Shown in pieces: positions 1 through 11,650 of a DNA stretch of 64,000 nt. The DNA lies in assembly GCF_009914755.1 (NCBI RefSeq), contig NC_060931.1. One strand, 5' to 3'. The notes under the pieces were generated by a model. That model did no database searches. It worked only from the letters and a program-made list of their open reading frames with translations, and was not told the origin of the DNA. The translations under genes were made by a program, and so were the position numbers. How positions within the stretch are numbered: position 1 is the stretch's first letter; every line of letters starts with the position of its first letter. This stretch comes from the human T2T-CHM13v2.0 reference genome, Homo sapiens.

Positions 1-3000
1 CGCACATTGAGTTGAGTTGACTTTCCTAGTTACTTATGCATGCTATCAATCAGAGAAAATAAGAGACTATAATCCTTTTATGTTTTTGCATCACCATCCA
101 CTTATCCTTCCAACCATATTTTTTGAGGCATTTACTATTAACATTCACAGTTTTACATATTATACTTTTCTAGATATCCAGCCTTTTTTATTTGGTTGGC
201 TGGTTCATTGGTGGGCTGTTTTACGTTTTATTCAATAGCAGAAAAAAAAAATTAAAAAGCAGGCCGTCGAAGCCAAGTGAAACTTTGGAAGAACATCTTT
301 ATAATTCTGGAAGTTTATTCCCAAGAGATTTTATAATACTGTGGGGCAAGTCTGAAAGCAAAACTTTTCCTCAAAAAGTTTTAATATTCTGGACTCCAGA
401 TTTACTCTAGACTGGGAAGTCCCTAAGTATTTTAAAATAAAATAAAAGAGAGTTACAAACATTTCATAATGTTTAAAAAATATTCTAGATGAAAATGAAA
501 TTAAATTTGTCCCCTGGGGACCAGATATGTTTTCTTTTTTCCCAGGTTCATTTTAAAGTCATTTCTGTAAGATCTTCAACAGCCATACATTTTCCCTTCT
601 GAATTTTTACCTGATTTACATTCATAAGAAAACTATGTTCTTGCATGCACTGATTAAATTTCTCAGTTGGCATCTGACATCAGTAAATATTTACAACAAA
701 CTAGCTGAATAAGCTGTATTAACTGAATACACACATATTTTATTTCTGACAAATTACAGATCAGGAGCTGTCCGTAATTCAAGGGCCTAATTGGTATGTT
801 TAAGTGTGTATTAGTATGTGTGTTTATTTGTTGTTTTAGCTTCTTTTAATGAAAATTTACAGTATTGAGAAAAAACACAGCTCTCTATGAAGGGCTATGT
901 ATTTAATATATGTGCTTTTCAGTAATATGAGATTGGGTACATTTTTTAATCAGTAAAATGGACTAATATGGGATAATAATTTAGAACAGTATCTAAAGGG
1001 AGGAGAAAACAAGATTTTCGAATTTACATAATATTTGAGAGAACCGTCTCCCATACTAAGGACATCTTTGTTTAGATAGATTTAATGTTTCTAACTATAC
1101 TTTTTAAAGTATAATCAAATTCATAAATTGTACACCGCAAATACTCTTTGTAAAGGCCCAAGTTTTTCTGCCTTTATTTATCTTGCAAATATTCATCTAC
1201 ACTGAATGTTCTTTTAAAAGTTACATATTACATATTTTTATTTGTAGATCAAAGTGCTGAATAAACAATTATCTCTCTGATACACCAATGACATCCTTTA
1301 AATATAGCTCACTACATTAAAAACCATTCAAGTTCAATGAGAATATCAGCTATCAAATTGAATATCAATAATAGTTATATTCAGATGAGGGGATCAGAAT
1401 GTTAAATTTCAAATGGATTACTAGACTATCAAACTCTTCTCCATCATCCTGGAGATACTGGCACATAATACACTTCTTCTTCTCTGAAAAGTGCAGTAAA
1501 CAAAGTATAGTCATGGTAGGAATTTAAAATGATACATCAAGGAAATATTGATGTTGACCCAAATGTTGCTCTCTTTTTTAAACTTTCTTGAAGACCCAGA
1601 AGAACCAATATTTTATGACTCCCAGCTTAGATTGGCCCCCCACGTCTATTAAAATAGCCTAAAATGGCAAGTAAAGGGGTAGGCAAGTTGGAGATAGGTT
1701 TTATTTAATAGTCAACTTCTACCTAACATTTGGAACATTGATACCTTGTTGGCTGCTGGGATCTTCATAACGAGATAAGTGTGCGCGCACTGATACCAGG
1801 AAGTGTTCCAGCCAGTCTGAAACTATGAGACGAGCAGCTCAGGACAGCTAGAATAAGCCCTCATTCTCTGTGTAAGACTTACACAAGGCAGACATTCTTA
1901 TCTCAGAATTCCTTCTCTGCCACCTGATGCACTTCTTGACTATTTTTTTCTTATCGTTAATTTTACGGCTTTATGAAATGTAAATTAATTTTAGTATCAG
2001 ATTAGGAAAAACTGAAATGAAAACATGGAGTCACATATAGTGCATCAGAGGATCAAATAAGGATACTTTTAGGTAGTTTTTGCCATTGCTTTCTTTCTTG
2101 AGTGAGGAGTTGATTGCATTCATAATTGATTTATGTGTTTCCATTTCACCACTGAAACATTACCAGGTCATCAACGATTCTGCCTTTGGTCAGAAAGCTT
2201 CTCCTGCTGTCACTCTTATCTAATCTTATAATGAAAAAAAATGGCATGTTTTTGGATAAAAGCTGGCTTTCTGACTGCATTGGATGGTTGGCAGGAACTG
2301 GAAATAAAACAAGCTATCCAACAACCACATTACTAAGAAGGCAGGCTCCTTTTACAAGATTTATTCCTAATTCTTTTGGGGTGAGAGAGCAAAATATGAT
2401 AAGAACGAGGATTGCTTCTGATACTAGTTACACTCTGCTCGCCTCTCTCTTGTGCTCTGTCATTATCTCATTAATTCCCTGGGACCCAGCAAACACATTT
2501 ATGTGGATGGTTCTGGCCCAGCTCCTGCTCTGCCCTCCAGATCAGCACTTCAGCCTCACACTTGACACATCCACCTGGATGTTCTGCCAACAATGCTGGC
2601 TCCAAAGTGTGTGCACCTCTGCCCTCTCCCTGCCTCCCTTTCCCTTGCCTTAATAAATCTCCCTTCTCACTTTTCTATTTCTTATTGGCCACCATTATCT
2701 GTCACCCATCACTGAAGTCATGTATGGGTTCTTCTTTCATTGCCTCCCACCTAGATTCTCTATCAGCCTCCCTTCCAAGTGAAGCTCCTGTTTTACTGTG
2801 TACTATTGTCAAAGTCTCCAGGCTGTCCTTGTAGCAATCAGTTCTATGTTCTGTTTTAAGACGTGTCTACCCAGAGCACAGCTGTCACAAGCTACCATTG
2901 CCCCACATGGTGCATTTGTACAAATCAGGAAAGGCATCCCATCTTCAAGACACTTGACTTCCGTGTGTCAAGAAACTTCTCATTATATAGTACACTTATA

Positions 3001-5039
3001 ATGACTAAAATACGGTCCTACGAAATATAGGTATCAACAGGGTCACCAGGTGAATGACACTGTCTAAGATTTTGCAGTGCACAATCTGCATACAAGACTC
3101 CAGGCAGCCCTGTGATCCTGTCATGCCTCAACTCCATACATTAAATGACCCCTCATCACCTGTGAAAATAAATGCAGACCCGTTAGCCTTGTGAGGAGAT
3201 GCACCACACCTGGCTTCAGCCTGCATCTCCAGTAGTAGCTCCTATGCCTCACCTCCTCACATACATCTGCTCCACTCTTCCGGCAAACTTTCTCAGGACT
3301 CACACTTGCCTGTCATCACAGCTTTAATCATCTATCTGCCTGGTACATCCTTTCTCCATTTTTTCAACCTGTAAATATTTCACCCATTTTTCAAATGTCA
3401 TTTCTCCTAAGAAGCCTTATCTTTTCTCCACCCCAAATAGGAAGTGAGCAATTTCTCCTTTGAATCCACTGTACTTTGTTTATACCTCAGTTACAATATG
3501 CATAATGTATTGCCTTTTATTATAGTTCCTGGCTCATTTGACTGATATGTGCCCGATGGTAAACTCTTTAAGGTAAAGGTTGTGTCTCATTTTATGATTT
3601 CTTCAGCACCAAGTTTAGGATTTTATGCAGAATAACTTTTTAATTCACCTAGTTGAACTAAATCAGTAAGTCTTGCTCCCAATAAGTTGATTGATTATAA
3701 GCATTCCTATTCCTTGGGAATCTTATCAAAAAGAAATTTTTTATTTTCTATTCAATTGCCAAAAAATGGAATTATAATTATGTTTCTGGTCTTTATATGT
3801 GCATTGTATTCCATTTGCTTTACTTCTACAATAACTAGGTAACCTTCCTGGTCTTAGATATATAACCCATAAGATATATGTTCACTATTGTATTTTGCTT
3901 AACCAAGCAGGATTGAATATGATTCTTTCTTTTCTTTGTTTTGTAAAGTTAGTCTATCCTTGATTTTATGGGTCTTCATTTCCCAACATCTGTACTGTAT
4001 GAATAAGACAATTCTTATAAGAGGGTGAAAGTGGTTTCTTATTTTTTAAAAAACTGCTATTTTGAGAGCAGCTCACAAGTAATAATATGACAAGAAGTAT
4101 TTTTGGTCTTACACCTGCGGAGACTACTATGCCACTGTGGGTTTTAAAGAGATCAAAATCTCAACTGAGTTAAGAGCTTTTAATTCTTTTTATCACTTTG
4201 CTGTTAAAACTATACTTAGTGGTAAGAAAAATAATAATTATTTTTATTAGATTTGGATTAATTGATAAATATGTGATAAATGCATGGCTTTTAAAGATTA
4301 CAAATGTTTTATGGGACCCATAGATTCCTAGATTCCTAGACCTGTGTCAAAAACTAGACCATGGATGGCAATTAAAGATGGTGATGCTCAATGACACAGA
4401 GATATAAATGCAAATGAAGTTGGCAATATTTATATTCTAAAACCACCTTAAAGCCCCTGCTATGTCATACTTCCTCTAATGAGGGAGCTTAACAGATAAA
4501 CACTGACCTTTGTATTCAATTGCCCTCTGAAATGAAAGCAAAGAAAAAGTTTGCTATTCCTCATAAACTAATTTTCTACCTTTTTATCAAATTCAGAATA
4601 TAGTTTCCCTTTCTGTTTTGGCTTCCAGGGAAATCAGAGTTAACTGAGATTGAGCTCTTATTTTTCAGGCCTGAAAATACATGTAATCCAGATGTTGAGG
4701 AACTAACTCACATCGTGGTAATTTTAAACCACAGGGATTTAAAGGTCACTTGGTCTAACATTCCCACTCAAATCTGAAATCCCTCTACAGCTTCTCTGAC
4801 ACGTGGCCATTTTAGCTGCACTTGAATGTTTCTAGTACACACAGCTCATGATTTCATGAAGGAGTTCTTCCCCCAGGGTTAGTTCTAAAATTCAGAAAGC
4901 TTACAATGTAGTGAAATTTACTTTTGTCCTTAACTTCGCATTAGTTCTGCCCTCCAGAGCCATACTTGATTAAAAAAAAAATCCCCGTTTCATATGACTT
5001 TCCTCTTTGAATATTTAATTTAAACTGCCTTGCCTTTCC

Positions 5040-5222
5040 TTAGATTTCACTCCTAGCTCTGCTACTTGCTAGCTGTGAGATCCTGGGAAACTTACTCAAC
5101 GTCTTTAAGCCTCAGTGTTTCCCTCTGTAACATGGAGATAATAATAGGATCCACTTCATAGGGTTATCTTAAGGAATTTATGAGAAAAAAAACTTGTAAA
5201 AATGCTTAACACATTGTCAGTA
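5040..5222 (+). mobile_element. MIR
   Basis: ctagctctgctacttgctagctgtgag...gcctcagtgtttccctctgtaacatggagataataata (MIR core). Confidence 0.8.
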
Positions 5223-6220
5223 CTCCCTGTGACTATCTTAAAAGATCTTTTTTCCTCAAGTATGTTCTCTCAGTGGCTTATATGGAAAGCCCTCTTTCTC
5301 TCAGTTCATCTGCATTCCTCCATTTTTGTTATTGTTCAAATTGCTCTTTCGCAATGCTTTTTCCACCTCCATGGCAAATAATTAGAATGTGACAGTGATG
5401 CTGCCAGATCTCCATAGTTCTAATGAGCCCTGCTAAACACACTCAAGTGCCACTTGTCTCCCTGTCGAGGTCTACCTTCTCTGCAGGCCAGAGCTCAGCA
5501 CAGTGTCAAAGAAAACCTGTTGGTGATTGCCTACTTCTCTCTTGGAATCTCCTGTTCCTTCATTCTAACCTTCGATCACCATGCAGAGATGTAAAATCTG
5601 GGCTGCCATGTATACCCTTTCTCATTCAGCTTCTCCCAGGTCTCGCCAAAAATAAATAAATAAATAAACTTACCTGTTCTGTGTTCTTTTTCATCAGTGC
5701 CCTCATCTGACCTGGTATTGGTCATCTAGTCTTGCAAACCAGTTGTGCTCTTCAGCTAATAGAAACTCATGGCTTAATTTTTCACCCTTCCAAGAAACAA
5801 AAAAAAAAATGTTAATTTTGGGCCAAGCTTAGCACCTTGACACATCCTTGAAATGACTTTAAGTCTTTGATAACACGTGATTTCTTTTTCCCTTTTTTCC
5901 TTTGCTGTAGGTATCTTAATAAGTGCGTGTGTATGTGTGTGTGCGTGCATGCGTGCACGTGCATGCATACACACAGAGCATTGCAACCTCCTACACCCAT
6001 TAACAATAGGTGGTATCTTCTTTAGGAAGGCAACAGTGTCAATCTCAGGTAATTGGAAGAGGGTGGCATGAGATGGGCCTCTCAATAAGAAATCTTGTGA
6101 CATACCTTAATAAGGGTGTCTTCCCCCAAAATACTTGCATTATCTATGGCTTAGTTCAACCCTAAATACAAATTTATTCATGAGTCCATGCTATGAACAT
6201 ACTTATACATAAGAGATATT

Positions 6221-6280
6221 TCACAAATGCTGTTTGTTGGGGATGAATATTCACAAATGCTGTTTTGGGGGGATGAATAT
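6221..6280. repeat. 30-bp tandem duplication
   Basis: tcacaaatgctgtttgttggggatgaatat followed by tcacaaatgctgttttggggggatgaatat. Confidence 0.9.
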
Positions 6281-8900
6281 TTACTATCAGCCCTTGACTT
6301 TTTAAAAAATTAAGAAATTAACATAAAAGGATAAAGAGAAGATTTTCAAATGCCTTAGGGCTAGATGTTGTGAGATTCTCTTTCCACAGTATTTTCTTAA
6401 TGCTGTCTTAATGCCAGATTTCAAAATGAATCATCCAAGAAAACTAAAAAGACCCTGTAACCTATTTTTCAATCAAAGTCAACAGAAGCATAACTTTCCT
6501 GAATATTTCATGTATCCACCAAAACAGAAAATGGCTGCAATTTCTCTAAAAGTTAGGCTATTCTCTGAACATATCCCCTCAATCTTTCCCATTTAGAAGT
6601 TGTCCACACTAAATATGAGTTCACTCTTTGAGTATGAACTTATAGTTAACATGTTCAAATTGATTGTGCTCACTCTGGTTGCTGGCTTTTCTTAGAAACG
6701 TCTTCTATTGACTTGTTTTCTACTTTCAGAGATGTGGCAAATTTCAGGAAGCCTATATTATAAAAATTGAATTGGAATAAAGTGAAAAAATAAATCAGCG
6801 ACTCAAAGGGTTGTTTCAGCTATTAAACCAGACACTTTAGGTCTTCTGTGCCATTCACCATAAAGTCACCTTCTAAGTTAATCAAGTTGATTAAGAAGTT
6901 GATAATGACTAAGCCGTCAGTAAAGTTCATCTTATATTTTCACAAACATCCAAATTTTTCACTTATAAAACAAGAAATAACAGATTATTTTTCTACAAAA
7001 AGAGTTACAGAAACAACACAGACATGTCATGAACAAAAGACATTAATGAGATTTCTTTTGTAGAAATTGGCAGCTGGGAGGGAAAAGTGGATAGGAAGGC
7101 ATGAGCCAATAATAATATTGAACTGCAGTCAACCAGTTAACTAGTTAACCGGGCTTGCAATCTGATATCCTAGGTTGCAAGAATGTTTCTTACAGTATCC
7201 CCCCGAAAATCACACATCCTTAAATATTTTCATTTTTAAGGAGATTAAAGCACTTTTTGAATCAATATTCTACAAATCCTAAAATGTGCCATCATTTTGA
7301 TGACTATAACAGAGTTTCCCTAAGATATATATTGTCTTGCTCTCTGGAAGCCTCTCTCTACCTCAAGATTTCCTTTCTTTTCTTCTTTGAGACCCGTATC
7401 ATGAGGCTCTGAACAGTCATGCTCCATTCTCTGGGTCAGCCCCAAGCTACTGAGACCTTACCTCTGACAAGAGTTCACATATTGGTAGTGACTTGCACTG
7501 CAGCTATTTTTTTTTTTTAATCCTTGACAGGTAATGTATGGGAAATATCTTTGGACTGAAAGTCAGCTGTCTTGAGAGTAATATGCACTACACCACTTAT
7601 TCACTGTTTGATTCTGGGCAAATCACTGAACTTCACATATCTTCATAAGTGTTTAATGAGAATAACACTTTGCACAAAATCCAGTAAGTAATTATTTAGG
7701 GGCCATTAAAACCAGACATGATCTTGGAGGCTGCACTCCTCTAAACGAGACCTTGTCTCTGCCCTTGAGAGGTTCAGGGTTTAGAAGGAGAGACCGGCAT
7801 TTGAATTGGCAAGGAGAATACGGAGCAATAAGTGCCAAGCAGGGGGAGGCCCCAGTGACCTTCCTGGAAAAATGAACATTTCTCAGCATTACTGATAAAA
7901 GATATCCCTGGCACTGAAGCTTGTAGCAAAACAGATACAAAGATACGTCAGTTAACATAAAGTCAAAATGTACGCAAGGCCAAAAAGTAAGATGAAAATG
8001 GTTTGATTATGGCTGCTAGAAGGGTATCCTAGATACATAGCTGCATTTGAATCAATAAAAATGTATTCAAAATTGTGTGAGTGTGTGAGTGTTCAGTTTT
8101 GGAGCTAGAGTCCTTAACTTTTATAAAATTATAAAAAAAAAAAGTGAATGACCCCGAAATGCTAGGAATCAATGCTTTCTAAGGTAGATACACTTTCTAG
8201 GAATTATAAATGAAATGCTTGGGTGAAAGTGTATGTTTGCGTGTGTGTATGTGTGTATAAATATATGCACAAGTCATCTTCTGCCACCAATTTACATGCT
8301 CCAAAAAATGTTCATGTTTCTGTACTTACTATTATGAGACGTCAAATATGGTAAATGTCTGTGCTTTATGGAGTTGCTGAAAGTGTTTTTTGAGATTTCC
8401 AAGTTAAATAATATGTAGCTCCCTTTCAAAACACACAAAAAAATTTGCTTGTATAATCATTATCTCAATGAGGAAGAGAAGTGAAATCTTATAAATTACT
8501 CACTTAAATGAATATATTATAAGGTGGCTATATTGGAGATGTCACACAACCTTTTATCTTAAAAGGAAATATGCAAAGAAAAAATAGTGTCTTTTTTTCT
8601 ATTACTGATTTAATGTTGTTCTCAAGCCAAACACTGCTGGATATCAAGACGAAAAAATATTAAGTTTTCCAAGTAAAAGTGTTAAGTTTCTTCTGATCTA
8701 AGAGAGTAGTTATACAAGGTCTGCATTTTTTAGAGGGAAGAGTGAAATATATAGAAATTAAAGTGGTATGATACCCAGATTTGCTTTAAAATATTTTCAC
8801 AAGAATGATAAGGTGAGGGGGTGGGGGAGGGAGGGCAGGGCAAGGCAGAATGGGGGAGGGCATAGGAGAAAAAAGAAAAAGAAATAGAAACAAAAAGAGG

Positions 8901-10390
8901 TTTTTCATAACGATTTTTCAGCCAGAACACGAGTGTTGTGAAAATCACCACTAAATCAAAGCCAAAACGAGAAAGAAATGACTCATATCAACATCGTCAT
9001 TACTAGATATATAGATTAGGGCAAGTCCACGACTACTGGCCATCTGACCTACCAGTGTGGGGTGATCAACAAAAGAACCATTGAAAAGTTTGAGAAGGAG
9101 GCTGCTGAGATGGGAGAGAGCTCCTTCAAGTATCTCAGATTTTAGATGAGTGAAACAACGAATTATTGGTGTTAACAAAATGGATTCCACTGAGTCACCC
9201 TACAGCCAGAAAAGACATGAGGGAATCATTAAGGAAGTCAGCATGTACATTACAAAAATTGGCTACAACCCTGACACAGTAGCATGTGCGCCACTTTCTG
9301 GTTGGAATGGTGAGAATGTGCTGGAGTCAAGTGCTAATATGCTTTGGTTCAAGGGACAAAAAGTCACCAGTAAAAATGGCAATGCCAGTGGAACCATGCT
9401 GCTTGAAACTCTGCAATGCATCCTACCAACAACTCATCCAACTGACAAGACCTTAAGTCGGCCTCTCCAGGATGTCTACAGAATTCGTGGTATTGGTACT
9501 GTTTCTGTGGGCTGAGTGGAGACTGGAGTTCCCAAACCCAGCACAGTGCTCACCTTTGCTCCAGTCGACGTTACAACTGAAGTAAAGTCTGTTGAAATGC
9601 ATCATGAAGCTTCGAGTGAAGCTCTTCCTGGGGACAATGTGGGACTCAACGCCAAGAACATATCTGTCAAAAATGTCTGTCATGGCAACGTTGCTGGTGA
9701 CAGCAAAAATGACCCATCAGTGGGAGCAACTAGCTTCACTGGTCAGGTTATTATCCTCCACCATCCAGACCAAATCAATGGTGGCTATGCCGCTATTCTG
9801 GATTGTCACACAGTTCACATTGCTTGCAGTTTTGCTGAGTTGAGGGGAAAGATTGATCACCATTCTGGTAAGAAGCTGGAAGATGGCCCTACATTCTTGA
9901 AATAGGGTGAAGCTGTTGTCACTGAAATTGTTTCTGTCAAGCCCAGGTGGGTCGAGAGCTTCTCTGACTGTCCTTCTTTGGGTCATTTTGCTGTTTGTCA
10001 TATGAAACAGACAATTGCTGTGGGTGTCATCAAAGCAGTAGACAAGAGGGCTGCTGGAGGAAGCGAGGTCACCAAGTCTGCCCAGAAAGCTCAGAAGGCT
10101 AAATAAATATTATCCCTACTGCCTGACACCTCAGTCTTTACCAGTGGTGGAAGAACAGTCTCAGAACTTTCTTTCAACTAGCCATTTAATAGTAAAAGAC
10201 CCGTTAACGATCACGATGCCTCGTAAAATCTTCAGAAGGAGAATGTTTTGCCAACTGTTTTGTTTTGTTTTTTTCATGTGGCAGTTTTCAGTTATTAGTT
10301 TTTAAAATCACTCCATTTTAATAGAAAAAACTTAACCGCAAATCTGTCACAGAATTTTGAGACCCATTAAGGCAAAGTTTAATGAGGACA
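8901..10390 (+). pseudogene. EEF1A1P27: EEF1A1 processed pseudogene (probably EEF1A1P27; number from memory)
   Basis: Intronless EEF1A1 mRNA copy. It has the 5' TOP-like UTR (tttttcataacg...gccagaacac), ATG>ACG at 8967 and a GKSTTTGHL-like motif. ORFs 9150-9515 and 9516-9905 are EF1A-like ([18 protein letters not shown]). C-terminus is [10 protein letters not shown] at 10104, then the 3'UTR. Stops, frameshifts, an internal deletion and a degenerate TSD (gaaacaaaaag/gaaacagaaag) are present. The parent gene is certain; the P-number is not. Confidence 0.95.
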
Positions 10391-10738
10391 AAATGAAACA
10401 GAAAGTTAGGTGATGTGTCCATGGCAGTATCTTGATGATTCTAGAATCAGAATATATGGCAGTTCATTACACTATTTTCTTTAATGTTTTGATGTTTGAA
10501 AACTTTATTAATTTTTCTTTAAAAGAGTCTAAGCAGAAAATAATTTATTTAAAGTAAATGCTCAGTCCTTCACAGTTCTTTCCGCCTCTGGCATCTGGGC
10601 ATATGAGGGAGTTTATGGGAAATTTTTGTGCTGAGGGACAGGGGCTTTCACTCCACACCCTCAGGCCTGTGTGTGCTACCTTCTGGGATTTGGGGATTTC
10701 GCTTATATCCATGGCTAGGTGGCCTACCAGGGTCATAT

Positions 10739-11650
10739 TGTGTTTGGAATTGGTTCCTTCCGGTGGGTTCTTGGTCTCACTGACTTCAAGAATGAAGCCG
10801 TGGACACTCGCAGTGAGTGTTACAGTTCTTAAAGATGGTGTGTCCAGAGTTTGTTCCTTCAGATGTTCAGATGTGTCCGAAGTTCCTTCTTCTGGTGGGA
10901 TCATGGTCTTGCTGACTTCAGGAGTGAAGCCATAGACCTTCACAGTAGGTGTTACAGCTCTTAAAGGTGGTGCACCCAGAGTTGTTCATTCCTCCCTGTG
11001 GGTTCGTGGTCTCGCTGACTTCAGGAGTGAAGCCACAGACCTTCGCAGTGAGTGTTACAGCTCTTAAAGGTGGCACGTCCGGAGTTGTTTGTTCCTCCCG
11101 GTGGTCTCGCAGTCTCGCTGACTTCAAGAGTGAAGCGACAGACCTTCGCAGTGAGTGTCACAGCTCTTAAAGGTGGCGCGTCCAGAGTTGTTCTTTTCCC
11201 CGCCAGTGGGTTCGTGGTCTCGCTGACTTCAGGAGTGAAGCTGCAGACCTTCACGGTGAGTGTCACAGCTCATAAACGTAGTGCAGACCCAAAGAGCGAG
11301 CAGCAGCAAAATTTATTGTGACAAACAAAAGAACAAAGTTTCCACATTGGGAAGGAGACCCTAGCTGGTTGCTGCAGGGGGTGGCCAGCTTTTATTCCCT
11401 GATTTGGCCCCGCCCATGTCCTGCTGATTGGTCCATTTTACAGAGCGCTCATTGGTCCATTTTACAGGGTGCTGATTGGTACATTTTACAGAGTGCTGAT
11501 TGGTGCGTTTTTACAGAGTGCTGATTGGTGTGTTTACAATCGTTTAGCTAGACACAGAGCGCTGATTGGTGCATTTACAATCCTTTAGCTACACACAAAA
11601 GTTCTCCAAGTCCCCACCAGACCCAGAAGCGCAGCCAGCTTCACTTCTCC
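10739..11650 (-). mobile_element. Solo LTR12 (ERV9) LTR with expanded U5 tandem repeats
   Basis: Reverse complement of LTR12: tgtgtttggaattggttccttccggtggg..., repeated gtctcgctgacttcaggagtgaagc..gtgagtgttacagctcttaaaggtgg units, several gctgattgg (CCAAT) boxes at 11420-11575, and the end ccagcttcacttctcc. Confidence 0.93.

Noticed and set aside
2186-2653. 155-aa ORF
   Set aside because: Non-ATG start, no recognisable domain or exon structure, and it overlaps probable degenerate repeat sequence.
7133-7152. Palindrome ccagttaactagttaaccgg
   Set aside because: Isolated 14-bp perfect core with no supporting context; compatible with chance in AT-rich DNA.
8812-8862. G-quadruplex-like G-run cluster upstream of the EEF1A1 pseudogene as a promoter
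   Set aside because: It lies in the G-rich tract of an old L1M 3'UTR into which the pseudogene inserted, with no other promoter features.
9150-9905. EF1A-like ORFs as a functional truncated protein
   Set aside because: The start codon is mutated, GTPase motifs are deleted, and there are in-frame stops at 9513 and 9903 with many non-conservative changes.
10770-11270. Regularly spaced repeats resembling a CRISPR-like array, plus ORFs 10545-11321
   Set aside because: These are the normal U5 tandem repeats of LTR12 in a mammalian genome, and the ORFs are incidental.
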